Source: Lytechinus pictus (lineage: Eukaryota). Taken from it: a stretch of DNA of 64,000 nt. The stretch spans positions 17,610,001 to 17,674,000 of the forward strand of contig NC_087251.1 in the NCBI RefSeq assembly GCF_037042905.1, written 5' to 3'. Positions 1 through 12,879 of this stretch are shown piece by piece (position 1 is the first letter of the stretch; every line of letters starts with the position of its first letter). The position numbers and the translations under genes are program-made. The notes beneath the pieces were generated by a model. It was not told the DNA's origin. It ran no database searches and saw only the letters and a list, made by a program, of their open reading frames with translations.

Positions 1-893
1 TGGTTTAAGGTGAGATGAGAATTTAAAAAAAAAATGGGATCATGATTATCGAGACTAAGCAGCGGCGTGATGAGCCAAACATTTTTAGGGTGCCAGATAT
101 GGCTTATCGGGCAAAATATATATATGGGTTTTTTAAAGTTTTTTTAAGTGAGCGGAGCGAGTACAAATTTCGATATTTTTATTTGAAAAATCCAATACAG
201 ATTTTGACATAATATTCAGAAAATAATATGTTTCACCCTTTGAAACTATTTCCCCCTTTCCTTTTATCTTTTTTTTTTTTTTTTTTTTGGGGGGGGGGGG
301 TCGTGAAAAATTGGGAAGGAGAGGGCAAGCGCCACTAGCACACCCCCTCCATATGTAAGCCACTGGGACTAAAGATGCCTTATGAAATGATTATAGGCCA
401 TCACAGGCCAAAATATAAACTTAAAAAACCCGTAGAAATAGCACGATGTAAATTAAAAGGAAAATATTTCAGAAAGGAAAGGTTTTGAATATTGCATGGG
501 AGATGATGCAACATCCAGCATTTTGAGCAAACTTCATATTTAAAATATTAATTAGTTGTGGAATTAATGTGATTTAAAGTCTGCTATGAACGGATGAGAT
601 TGTAAAGTCTGTGGGAAATAGGCATATTGCTTTCCTTACTTGCCTTCTATAATTTCTATAGTTTCTAAAATTTGGTCAATGTCACCTATCATTGATTTGG
701 TCAATGTCATAAATAACTCATCGTACACTTAACCTGAAGTAAAGGGTATGCCTATAGTTGTTAGTACAAATCATCTCCCGCTTCCATAAAAATGCTAGGA
801 TATGACCCCCCCCCCCCGCAACATTCACGCCAGTGTATTCAAAAGATGAATTACTGGTTTTTGTCAAAGTTATAACCATATTTAACAGTCACA

Positions 894-1138
894 GACGGGC
901 ATGGTGGCTCAGTGGTAGAGCATCCGCCTCATGAACAGGATGTCGTGGGTTCGATCCCCGGCCGAGTCATACCAAAGACTTATAAAAATGGGACCTTCTG
1001 TCTTCTTACTTGGAGCTCAGCATTTAGATTTGAGAAGGGTAATAAATAAATAACATATTATGTTATGCAGGGCCCGCTGGAGGAGCAGTCTTATGATTGA
1101 AGTGGCTACCCTGGGTAAATAAAACGTTATTATTATTT
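894..1138 (+). mobile_element. tRNA-derived SINE
   Basis: A box TGGCTCAGTGG (~905) and B box GGTTCGATCCC (~948), followed by a non-tRNA body and a LINE-type tail CCCTGGGTAAATAAA...(TTA)n. Confidence 0.75.
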
Positions 1139-1140
1139 AA

Positions 1141-1256
1141 AAAACTCATAAATTGACGTATTATAACCATACTCTCATGATACAGCGGAGATAACCTAAA
1201 ACTCATAAATTGACGTATTATAACCATACTCTCATGATACAGCGGAGATAACCTAA
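1141..1256. repeat. 57-bp perfect tandem duplication
   Basis: ACTCATAAATTGACG...GATAACCTAA occurs at 1144 and again at 1201. Confidence 0.9.
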
Positions 1257-1521
1257 GCAATAAGCAAAATGTAGGGATTTGTCATGCCCAAAATCTTGTA
1301 AGATTAGATTCGAACGTAGCGACCGCGCGAGAAATTTTGCATTCTTTTGGCACTTTGACTGCATTTAAAGATGAACCAATGCATTCATTTGATGATAAAA
1401 AAATATCGTTTCTGTCTTGAAAAGTGGGGGGGGGGGGGGGGATTGTACATTGTACATGCATGCCATCCCCCTTTCCAAAAAGTTTGGGGGTATACCCCCT
1501 CCACCATACCCCGGGGATGTA

Positions 1522-1677
1522 CGCTGTAAAAACGCTGTTTAAAATTAAGCCCGTAACTCTAACAACTACTGTTTAAACTTGTTAACAAGTTGTTTAAGAA
1601 ATGTAAACAATTACAAAAAAGTTTAAACAACTTGTTGTTAGAGTGACAGGCTTAAACAATGTGCATTTTTTACTGTG
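1522..1677. mobile_element. small CACTA/EnSpm-like MITE
   Basis: Ends CGCTGTAAAAA ... TTTTTACTGTG, internal inverted AACAAC/GTTGTT motifs, TA on both sides. It interrupts the terminus GGGGATGTA|CGCCAGTG of another repeat. Confidence 0.55.
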
Positions 1678-1792
1678 TACGCCAGTGACATAAGGCTAGT
1701 CAATACTGAACATCCTGTCTGAGTTTCTGGTGTGCGTATCATTAACATTTTTTTCTCTCAAGTTGTCAGATCTGACATCTTTCCTTGAATCC

Positions 1793-2049
1793 GGGGAGTG
1801 TTTCATCAACATTTTCATCCGACAAGTTGTCAGATCTGACATCTTGCTCTGATGTTGATTGGCTGAGAGGTACTGTTACTATGGTAACTGTCGGATAAAA
1901 TGGGACTTGTCGGATAAAACGTCCGACAAGTCCTTTCATGAAACGCTCCCCTGATTGGCTGAGAAGCACCATAATAATGCGGTAACTGTCGGATAAAATG
2001 GGACTTGTCGGATAAAACGTCCGACAATTCCTTTCATGAAATGCTCCCC
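1793..2049. mobile_element. MITE with duplicated right half
   Basis: TIR GGGGAGTGTTTCAT ... ATGAAACGCTCCCC (1951). The right ~98 bp are tandemly repeated up to 2049. Contains GTTACTATGGTAAC (1875-1888). Confidence 0.7.
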
Positions 2050-2823
2050 CGTTCACATGACCAAGTTCAAATGTCATTTAGCGTCAGTAAACTTACCAAA
2101 CTGGTGAATCAACATCAAAATCTTTACCAAGAATAAGTTTTTGAAATGTCATCATAAGTTTACAAGAAAATAGATCTGGTTCATAAAAAAAAAGAATATA
2201 AGAGTAATCAAGTATCACTGAACATCCTGCGCGAGTTTCAAGTTATATGATCAATGTCAAAGGTCATTTAGGGTCAATGAATATAGTATTTTGTTCATTA
2301 TGAATGGCGTTTTTGTTGTTGTAAATAATCATTCAATGTCTGTTGTTTTCAAAGTCAACACTGCTGCTATATTGAACAGTTGAGACTGCCATAGATGCGT
2401 TCCATTGTTTTTTTCATTATTAATTCAATTTCATCCAAATATTTAGTTTATTAGACATTGAGCCAGTAAAGCACTTTGAATGTATCAAAAGATTATTCAA
2501 AATGAAATAGTTGAAATGTTATTGTGGTACAGATTTTTTTTCTTCAAATTTTAAATTGAACCATGTAAAAACACTAACACGTCCATCATTGCCCATTATG
2601 GTACATGCATACCCCTATTTCTATTGTTTTTTTTTTTTTTTTTTTTTGGGGGGGGGTCTAATTTAACAAAAGACATAAGAATATAATAATGTATTCACAA
2701 CATTAAGAAAATTAATTTATTTTAACATCCATTTTAAAACGGAACAGTGTATCAACCTGCGGTAATAGTAAGTAAATTTGGATGTCTCTCTTTTGCACCC
2801 TCCCCATTTCTTTATACTTGCAG

Positions 2824-2950
2824 TGGTCATTCGGAAGGAATGGGTGTATCTGGTATGGCTTTTCGGGATTCCTATTTGCAGTGGCAAGCATGGCCACGTT
2901 GACGGCAATTGCTCTCTTCAGATATTTAAAGCTGTGCAGAGAAAATGTCG
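2824..2950 (+). CDS. OPN5: opsin (neuropsin/opsin8-like), internal exon, TM3
   Basis: Polypyrimidine tract and CAG acceptor. Encodes WSFGRNGCIWYGFSGFLFAVASMATLTAIALFRYLKLCRENV. GTAAG donor at 2951, phase 1, which fits the next exon. Confidence 0.85.
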
Positions 2951-4584
2951 GTAAGAACTAAATTGATGACCACCGTGACACCCCCCTTTTTGGGGGTTGT
3001 CAAATCTGCAACGTGAGAAGTAATCTGTGACTTTCAAAATATATAACTTTTATGGAAATATATAAAATAATGAGAAAGGGTGTTACATAATACGATTTTA
3101 AAGGCGAATTCTTAGATTAGTATCTAATTAGTAAAACAATTAACCCCCTATAAGCTCTATCATTATGTAATAATTATAATACACGTACACGGGCAACTCC
3201 AGGATAATTTGATTGGGAGCAAATGAATCAAAGATCAATTATACAGTTATACGACTAAGAGAGAGAGCTGCAAGAAAAAAATTATTTGCGATCAGTTGCA
3301 AATTTCTGATGCAAATTTCAAATATACAATTGATATGTAGCTAAAGCAAATTGATTTTCGCAAATTTGCAATTAATTGCTAGACTTATAATTATTTTTAA
3401 TCCAAACTGACTTGCAATTGATTGCAGGTTTTTCTATCAAATCCCCTTCTGCTAACATGTCTAATACTCTTCTTTCTTATCCTCTTTTTGTTCTCTCTTC
3501 TTTTTGAAAAATTATCAGCCTATCCACCCCGTGGTACCTTTTTTTATTTGATACAAACAAAATAAACCCAATCCTTTTTGTAACGCAAATTACAAACGAG
3601 GAATAACCGAGACTCAGATAATTCACTTATAATGCAGATGGAGAGAAACGTTTTTGCATATTTTTCCAATTATTTTTAACAACAAGCCAATGTAACCCCA
3701 TATCACAATAATCCAGTGTAGAGCACTTCTAATTCATTAAATCAATAGGCACAGGCGCAGATACATCATGTTTTAATGATATTTAAAGCAATAGACTTAG
3801 TGTGATTCGTGACTTTGTTGCAAAATAAGTTGAGACGATCAAAGCTGAAATTATTCCCATTGCAGTAAACAAATAATGAATGTTTATGAGTGCAAAATTG
3901 CACGGTTGATGACGTCATTGCAAAATGGGCTGAATGAACGATATCAAAGAATCAATCAAATCACAAGGATCTATCTAGGTGTCATATAAAATACAATGAC
4001 AAATATTGTACCCACTATAATAATATATTCCAAGGCAACTGATAATGACTGCAGATTTCATAAATTCTCATTGTCATGTTATTGATTTAGAGAGTTAGAA
4101 GGATCAATCCAGACCACTGGCAGATTGTGGCTTAGGTGAACACAAAATTGTAATTCTATCATGGAGAAAATTTTCGAACACCAACCAGATTAAAGTAATG
4201 CATAGTTATCAAATATTTATTTGTTGTTTGTATGTCACAATTTATAGTCTGCAAACAAGTATCCCATGCATTTCAGCATTCTAAAACGAATATCTTTGAA
4301 GTAAAAATTATAAAAATATCATTATTCGGAACTGATAAAGAGGGGCACAGGGGGAACGTGTCCCTAAAAATCAAATCATGCCCCTTTTTTTTTTGAAAAT
4401 TTTAAAGGGAAATTTGTTGTTGTTTTATTTTTTCAGCTTTCTTGTGTCATATATTTTGTTAAAGCTAGTCAAGTATTGATATTCATCATCACAACAATGC
4501 AAATAAATCAACGTCATATATGTATTCTTAAAGGTTGGTTATTTAATGTCTCTTTTTAAATGATCTCTTTAAATCTATCTCCAG

Positions 4585-4681
4585 ATCAGTATAATTCGCG
4601 ACCATTTGTCATTAAAGTGATCATCGCTATTTGGGCCTTCTCTTTATTTGTTACAACCCCTCCTCTCTGTGGCTGGAGCAG
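4585..4681 (+). CDS. OPN5: opsin (neuropsin/opsin8-like), internal exon, TM4
   Basis: CCAG acceptor. Encodes (D)QYNSRPFVIKVIIAIWAFSLFVTTPPLCGWS(S). GTTAGT donor at 4682, phase 2. Confidence 0.88.
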
Positions 4682-6174
4682 GTTAGTATCTTCACTTTTC
4701 TTTTGGGGCGTATCAAAGTCGACAACAGGGGCGGATCCAGGCAAGGGTTTAGATCCCGACTGGATGGGGGATATATTCCCTAATATTTCAATGGGATGGG
4801 CTGTGTTATCACCCCTCTTAATTTACTTTAAGGTCGAACATCATAAAATTTATAATGAATCATCACAAGTATGATCATGATGATAAGGAGTGGGTACAAG
4901 ATGATAATGATCATTATTATGGTAGCATTGACTGTCGTATATACGCATGATGACCATCTTTTTTTTTGGAATGTTATGTTATTGTTATTGAATGAAACCA
5001 TTCCTTTCAGAAATTTCATAATTATAGAAGCAGATCATGGATGGAAAGAGAATAAAGTCCAGAATGATGTCAAATAACATGTTCATGATTCTGTATTATA
5101 TGATATTAACTTTCAAAAATTAACCCCTCCCCCAAAACCAAGCGAAAAGTGTGTGCCTAGCTTATTTTATCTACCTCTACGAGTGTGCCCCATTTATTTT
5201 ACTACCCTTTTGAAAGTGAACTCATCTTTTTTTAATAGGGTTTATGATATAAAATAAGTGGAGGACATATTAAGAAAGAAATGAGAATTAAAATTGAAAA
5301 TAGTGTATAAAACGGAAATAATCATTACAATAAAAATTGCTCATTTCATGTAAATTTATCAAATATTTCAGCTCGCTCTTCGCGCTCGCATTATTGATAT
5401 AGTTATTACATTGAAGAGTATAGATTCTAGTAATTCGTTTGTAGGAATTTTTAGAAGTATACATTAATGCCGAATTCAGTGCCGGCGGCACCATGCACAG
5501 GGGGTAACCACCCCTATGAGTAGGGCCTAGTGATAAAGGGGAGAAAGAAGAAGAAAAATAATATATATATATATAATATTTACCTACTTTAAACACGCAA
5601 CACTCACCCACACACACCCTAACTCACGGACACTTCCACTTTAAAACCTGAGCGGCAGACTGAATCAGACATACACGGTTATTACGGGGTAAACTAACAG
5701 TGATGTTTTTCTCTCTTGACAGTGATTCACGTTTATGTAACCACTCATTATTGACAATAATTGTATCTGTAGCCTTGACAGCATAGACGGGAGATGCGCG
5801 TATACAAGTTAACATCTGATATTTATCATCATCAGCAGCTGCAGCAGCAGCAGCAGGACGAAAAGAAAAGAGAGAGAAAAAAGTATGGTATTGCAAAAAA
5901 AAAGTCTATCGCAACTCTGATAGTGATCCTAAAAGTGCGCCATGATTATTCTACAGGATGGATTTGACGCTCTACGGTAGGCCTATATGTTACATTACTA
6001 CTAACATAGATTAGATTTATATGGAAGCTTTAAATTGCCGCCCAGATGTAGAGATAATCATCTCGTTTATCACTTAGATAAAATGACCAGGGTCCCGTAA
6101 CACAAATGTTAGCGTTTAATCGCTAAATGAAATGGCCTATCAGGTTCGCCGTTGCATGTGCAATTCTACATTCT

Positions 6175-6400
6175 TTCATTTATTTATTTTTTATTTATTT
6201 ATTTATTCATTTATTTATTAAAATATAATCAGGTACAAAAAATTCAGCATAAAGCTGGGGTTTTTTCATCGATAACCTGATGAAAACAGAAATGCACGAT
6301 TATAACAATAAACATCGAAGATATACATGTATGTAAATAAAATCATACTAAATCACTATCTAGGCAATGCAGCAACATAAATAAACTAATATATTTACAT
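6175..6400 (-). mobile_element. 3' tail of a non-LTR retroelement (L2/CR1-like)
   Basis: (TTTA)n run next to an ATCAGGT...ACCTGAT stem-loop. Left and right limits are approximate. Confidence 0.35.
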
Positions 6401-6570
6401 AAATTATAATAAGAAAATGAATAACATGATAATGTTCTCACAACCGAAAATACAGATGTAAAATACAAATTAAAGTAATGAAATAAACAGTGGCACAAAA
6501 TGTATAAGATTGAACAAGCAATTAATTAAGAGGAATAGCACATGCTCATATTCGGCAAGAGTGCGTCTTT

Positions 6571-6990
6571 TCATCTGATCATCTCTCTCACGGGATGTAG
6601 ACATAACGAGATCCTGGACCTTGTCATCTGATCCTCTCTCCACAGGGTGTAGACATGACGAGATCCGAGATCTTGTCATCTGATCATCTCTCCCACAGGA
6701 TGTAGACATGAGGATATCCAAGATCTTGTCATCTGATCATCCCTCCAACAGGATATAGACAAGGCGAGATCCAAGATCTTGTTATCTAATTATCTCTCCC
6801 ACAGGGTGTAGACATGGCGAGATCCGAGATCTTGTCATCTGATCTTCTCTCCCACAAGATAAAGACATGGCCAGATCCAAGATCTTGTTATCTGATCATC
6901 TCTCCCACAGGATGTAGACTTGACGAAATCCAAGATACTGTCATCTGATCATCTTTTCCGATAATTAAGGATTGTAGACATAACGAGATG
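6571..6990. repeat. ~53-bp minisatellite, ~8 copies
   Basis: Unit TCATCTGATCATCTCTCCCACAGGATGTAGACATGRCGAGATCCAAGATCTTG starts at 6571, 6624, 6676, 6729, 6782, 6835, 6888 and 6941. Confidence 0.9.
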
Positions 6991-7066
6991 ATAATCATTC
7001 TATTCACATTTCGGTTCACCTTTTAAGCATAATATCAGATTATATAACATGTACAAACAGCTTATA

Positions 7067-7680
7067 CCGTGTGAGTAAAAAAAAAACACATGATACCTCA
7101 CAAACCCCCATTTCAGGAAAAGGAATGTCATGAACACATAATTATTATATTTGGCCTGAATACGTTCTCCCAAATAATTTGATACCACACGCCTGTAATA
7201 TGTGTTAACGCTTGGATGGTCAGGAGGTATTCTTTGCAGTGATGTAAATTTTGACTTGCGCCAAAGTAAGGCATGACTGCAATGAATGAATCCAGATGTC
7301 ATAATCCTACAAGGGTTGCATTGAAATCCATTTCAAAACACCTTTTCAATAGTTTACATTATAATTGTTTGATTAACACTTTTTACTATCGATTCTCAAG
7401 TTAATTTAATTGAAAAGGGATTTGTAAATATGTTTATGACATCGGTGACATCTTGATTCATTCATTGCAGTAATTGCTTATTTTGGCGCAAGTCAAAATT
7501 TACATCTCTGCAAGGAATACCTATACTGATTATCCAAGCGTTAACCCATATCACATAAATATGGATTTAAATTGATTGGGAGAAGATAATGATTATGCGT
7601 TCACAACATATTTTTTTCCTTAAAATGGGGATTTGTTGCTTAGGTGTCAAGTTTTTTCTCTCTTTACTCACACTACACGG
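7067..7680. mobile_element. old MITE with ~235-bp TIRs (Tc1/mariner-like)
   Basis: 7067-7302 is the diverged reverse complement of 7445-7680 (e.g. GATGTAAATTTTGACTTGCGCCAAA / TTTGGCGCAAGTCAAAATTTACATC). TA flanks. Confidence 0.65.
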
Positions 7681-8332
7681 TACATTACAAAAAGTAAGAT
7701 CGAAAGTAATTAACAGATTGCTGTTTTGAAATTCAAAACGTTTATTTAAAATTCAATTGTATAATGGTATACTGTGTACAGACGCATATAGATGTGTTTC
7801 ATTGTCACGAAGAAGAAAAGGAATATGTGGTCGCCTAACAAACTGACATTTGTTTTTCTTCTGGCAGAAGCCACGACAGATTCATATGGTATATAGCAAT
7901 AATCAGCAGTATGTGTAAAAGGATATTAATAACAATATATGTATACACCTAAAACCCACGACACAATCTAAAAACAATTCATTCAAATTTGAATAAATAT
8001 CTATTCAGAGGGCAATTTGTTAGAATTTTTATAAGAAATAACAGATGTTTGTCTATAAAGTCTATTTGTTTAAAATAATTTTGGTAGAAATTAAATCAAG
8101 TACCCTCGCCTATTGGAAAGGGTATCTATCTAAATTCATGTAGATTGTTTTTTAAGTTCACAGGACAGGTATATAGGCCGAGAATCGTGTCCTTTTGTAT
8201 CCAGTAAATATTGAAATACTATGAGCCCTTGTTACTGGAAACTGAATGAATAAGATTATGCGGTATGCATGATAATTCCTTAAATGTAATGAACTATTAT
8301 TCCCTTTCTTTTACTCTACCTCACATCATCAG

Positions 8333-8555
8333 CTACGTTCCCGAGCCCTACCGCTTATCCTGCACGATAAACTTTGCTGACACGAGTTCGGCATCTCTAT
8401 CGTATACCTATTTCACAATCATTGCCGTATTCCTCGCTCCCCTGGGCGTCATCGTAGCTTGTTACGTCGCCATAGCAAGGAAAATGATCCACCACAATAG
8501 GAGAATCAATGTCATACGTAATGCTGGAAGGATACTAGAAGTACGTCTACTGAAG
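8333..8555 (+). CDS. OPN5: opsin (neuropsin/opsin8-like), internal exon, EL2-TM5-IL3
   Basis: CAG acceptor. Encodes YVPEPYRLSCTINF...LGVIVACYVAIARKM...EVRLLK, with E181- and C187-equivalent residues. GTGAG donor at 8556, phase 0. Confidence 0.9.
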
Positions 8556-9058
8556 GTGAGGTTGAAGGATAAGTGCCATGTTGTCTGATATAAGATGGTT
8601 CTTCTCTGATGATATAATACTGTGATTTAACCTTATTCGGTTTCTCGGGTAATGCTTTCTATCAATAAAGGGAGTTATTTCTTTTACATAAAAGGCGATG
8701 AGAATCGTAACTAACTATCTCTCTTCCTCTCTCCTCTCTTATCATTCTCACTCTGGACCATCGTTCTCTTCATTGAACTTTTTATATATCATGGATTAAC
8801 ATAAACAAAATCTCTTGCCTAATTCCTTATGAATTATTTCCTATATACATCTGGCTATGCTCATATTACAAGAAATGCTCGGAATATCCACATCACACGG
8901 CGCAATTATCTTTAAAAACAGCATATATAAAGGACCAGTGGTTTGGAACTGAATCCCTTCTCATATTCAGCGGAGCTCTAAATATTATGTTGTTGTTTTT
9001 ATCTCTCGTTTGACCTCTTAAGGAGAAATAATGAAATTTGAAATAAAAATCCAGTTAA

Positions 9059-10845
9059 GGGTGATTCCATACGTGTCGTACGGGACATTTAGAGAACATT
9101 TGACAGTTTTTTTTAATAAGAAAAACAAAAAATATTCCAGTAACTAAAGGTGATCATCAAGTACTACCAGAGTGTTAGGAAAACCAAGACTTAACATGAC
9201 TTGAATTCACATCCTGTATAATTCAGATTTAAAGTAGTAATGTGTCGTACGGACGCAGAAAAAGTGGCTTTTTTAGAAACCTCAAGTTTGTACTCTAAAG
9301 TCTGTGAGTTGGACAGATAATTTTCATAGAAACTGAACTCAAATTGATATTTAATTACCCAAGAACAAACAAATCTATGAAAGAAAGCAAAATAAACATT
9401 CATGAATAAATAAAGCAAATTACAATTTTCGAGAACATTGTGGCGTACGTGACACTCAAAATGTGTCGTACGGGACATCTCTAAATTGAAGCCAAACTTT
9501 CTTACTTTATGTCTCTTTGACTTCTTCATCACTTTATTTGGCTGATGATAATGATAATCCTATCAAACTAAAGACATTCATTATGTTAGAAACCGCTCTT
9601 GGCTGAATATTTCTGTCAATATATCAAAAACAAAATAATGTGTCGTACGGGACACTTGTGTGTCATACGGGACACTTGTGTGTTGAACAGGCACTTGCGT
9701 GTTGTACTGGACAGCCTGAATAAAACAATGAACTTTTTATCAATCAGAAGGGGAACATTGCCCCTAAATTCTTCCTTTTTAATGAAAAGCCTTTTAATAA
9801 GTAGTCATTCAGGACAATATAATTAAGTAACCTTTTTTTTACAATTTGAAAAAAGTAAGGAGTTTTAATACTGTATATAAAAAAATAAGTGATCATCAAG
9901 GGAAGTCCAAATAGATGATTGATATGTAAATATTTTTTTTACATCTTATAATAATTTCACATTAGAATGCAAAAGGAAGTCATCTTCCAGGCTTCCAGGT
10001 TTTCTTTTCATGCTCAATGACAAAGAAATTAACCTGCTCTGACCAGTGAAAATCACCAGTTTAGCTGAAGGGATTCACAAAAGAATACGCCTACATGACG
10101 TCAATTAAAATGGTTAGAATCACCTATTTCATGTTCTATGGAGATAAAAAAAAAAAAGAACTTTTTTAGTTCACTTTATGTCAAATCAATTACTCAAATT
10201 AAAATAGGCCTACTATTTATAGTTTCTGAATCAAAATCCTGCAATTAAATGCAGTATATATTGTGTGTCGTACGGGACATGTCCCGTACGACACACACTG
10301 TGTCTTTCGGGACAACTTTTAATAGGACAATTATTGAAAAATGAAAGGCAGTAATTAGATCCTTATGGGATAAATCGATCACCCATAGGTCAAAGATAGA
10401 GAAACTGATATTGTGAAATTGCATCATAAAAAATAAAATTGTAGGAAAAACTTTTGTATTTTCATGTGTCGTACGGGACATTGCCAAAAATAGGTTCGGA
10501 AAAATCAGGGCTGCCCCTATTATGGATCATGAAAATGTTGTAGATATTATTTGGAACCATCAATGATACATTTTTCCATTGACCTGCAATATTTTAAATC
10601 TTCTCTTGCTTTGCCAATGATCGTTTCAGGCAGTGTTTGTATACTTGACTATTTAATTAGCAAAATTATTGAAAATTGAAAAATCTATCGTGTCCCCCCA
10701 TAAAACTATATCTGACTTCACTTTTTGTTAAAACTCATAATTTTCATAAAATTTAGGTATCATAGTAAAGTATTATAATACTTATGACTTTTTGAAAGCA
10801 AGTTGAAATTTATGATATTTTTGAAGTTCTAGTGTGGAATCGCCC
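9059..10845. mobile_element. non-autonomous TTAA-flanked DNA transposon (Kolobok-like)
   Basis: TTAA|GGGTGATTCCATAC ... GTGTGGAATCGCCC|TTAA. About 10 internal copies of TGTGTCGTACGGGACA. Confidence 0.75.
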
Positions 10846-11914
10846 TTAATCGGTGAAACATCGTTTATGATAAGTCCTTGTTTAAAGCATCCAACGAAAA
10901 AAAATCATCCAAACTACATTAAAGAAAAATAATTTTATATGGTATTTATTCCTACTTTAACAAATACTAAAGTCGATACACGTGACAGGGCCACAGGGAT
11001 TGAAAAATTAGGAACGGAATTTATTTATTTTAGCTTAATAATGTCCTGTAAAAGGCATGCTTGGTAAATTTGAAGTATAATCCCAGAATTAGCTTATTTG
11101 TTTCTGGAAAAATAATTCTTGACAATTGGGGACTAACCATGTCGACATTGTAGCGTAACTGATCGATGAAAAGCCTCTTGATTTTTTGATAAATTATTGA
11201 AAACTAAATGGATAATTAGGCCTACTCAAGTGATGTTTTAACCACAATGACGGTGGCGTGAAATTTACATGCTGTCATGAATTTTGCACTTCTTACTGGC
11301 GAAATTTCGTTTATTTAGTATAACATTCAAGCAACAGATGAATATTTTATTTAGTATTAATACTTTTGTACCAATCGTGTACTTGCTTGCCACCCCAACC
11401 CTCCGTTATGACAGGCCGCTCATGCCTTTCCAGATCACTGCTGCTGATTTCGCAGATCGATCTACACAACGATTTGTTCATATAGCAAGGATTATATATT
11501 CGCACTTCAGCTTTTATTCATGGCCTTAGGGTTGTGCATATTAACCATTTTTACTTTATGTGGAGTTCGTATCATTGGTAAAAATACAGTTTTGTTTTAC
11601 TTCTTATTATAGAAAAAAAACTTGCAGATCTCCTTCCAAATGAAAATAGATTACGATCTTTTCAGTCTATAAAAGCTGATTAAGGTTTCATATCATATGT
11701 TTTTGAGAATCATCACTATTGTCAGGTTTTACGTATTGAATATATTATAATATTTTCATCATCCGCTATCGAGTTGTTTTGATTCGGAAGAAAAGATCTT
11801 TGGTTCAAAGATATTTTTTCAAGGCTACCTCAGGATGTCCAGCAAAGGAATCTCATCTTTTTTTTTCTTTTAAGTCGTTACCATTGCTTGGTATCTTTGA
11901 TTTGTAATCATTGT

Positions 11915-12047
11915 AATGATGATGATGATAATAATAATAATAATAACAATGATAATAATAATAATAATAATAATAACAATAACAATAATAACAATAACAA
12001 TAATAACAATAACAATAATAGCAATAATAATAATAACAATAATAATA
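11915..12047. repeat. (AAT/AAC)n microsatellite
   Basis: Visible trinucleotide run. It is the source of the poly-N/I/Y ORFs. Confidence 0.95.
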
Positions 12048-12879
12048 GGAAGAAGAAGACGCTTCGGAACGCAAAATGAGTATTTCGTTTTTTGTATTGA
12101 AAAGTAACGCATACAGCAGAATGTTAAACGGAATATGATAATGTAAAGATAACACTAACTTCATTCTATATGAACCTTCCAATAGTTGTTTAAACAGTTA
12201 AAGATCTCAAACAACGAAGGTATCGGGAACTTTTGATATTTAATTCTAAGTAAATTAAGCATGGTTATTTAAAGCTTTTAAACAACTACTCAAAGGTTCA
12301 TACATTGAACAGCGTTGTATGAAATTTAAAAAGCGTTATACTGTATATAGTTATTGGCCCCTACGTATCAAAAAATATGACCGACCCTCAGCAGATTTGT
12401 TTTCATGAACCTGTGATACTTCAGAGGATAATCGAAATAATTTGCAGGAAGATTAAAAGTTTATTTGTTTAAATGTCAAAGCACAAGTCTCTGTACTATT
12501 TTCACTATGCATGTGAAAACTTGATCAATCCTGGTACATGCAATCGATATATAGAAGAAAATATATTCTTTGATAATTAAGAACAGGGGTGGCATCATGA
12601 GCTATCTTAATAAAGAGGGTAGGGGCGAGAAGCCGTGAGATGACCTAATATGTGTCGTCAAACTATTTTCATTTCAATGACAAGAGAGTTACACGATGCC
12701 GCCCCTGGTTAAACAAAATAAACGGGAATATTTGGGTTTGGGCCTACAACATGCCCCCTTCTTTTGTTGCTTAGCAAGTTTTCTTCATTATTTTAATGTT
12801 TGTATCATTCCACAGCTATTTCCTTTTCTCTAAATCCCCACCTAACTTCTCTCCCGCTCTCTCTCTTTCTATCATGCAG

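Noticed and set aside
894..970. tRNA gene
   Set aside because: A and B boxes are present, but the sequence continues into a SINE body and tail and I could not build a full cloverleaf.
6571..6990. CRISPR-like array
   Set aside because: The whole 53-bp unit repeats with no unique spacers, and the context is eukaryotic with no cas genes.
11853..12182. poly-Y/I/N ORFs
   Set aside because: Translations of the (AAT)n microsatellite.
12796..12879. N-terminal part of the 286-aa ORF as a protein start
   Set aside because: It is the intron polypyrimidine tract; the exon begins at 12880.
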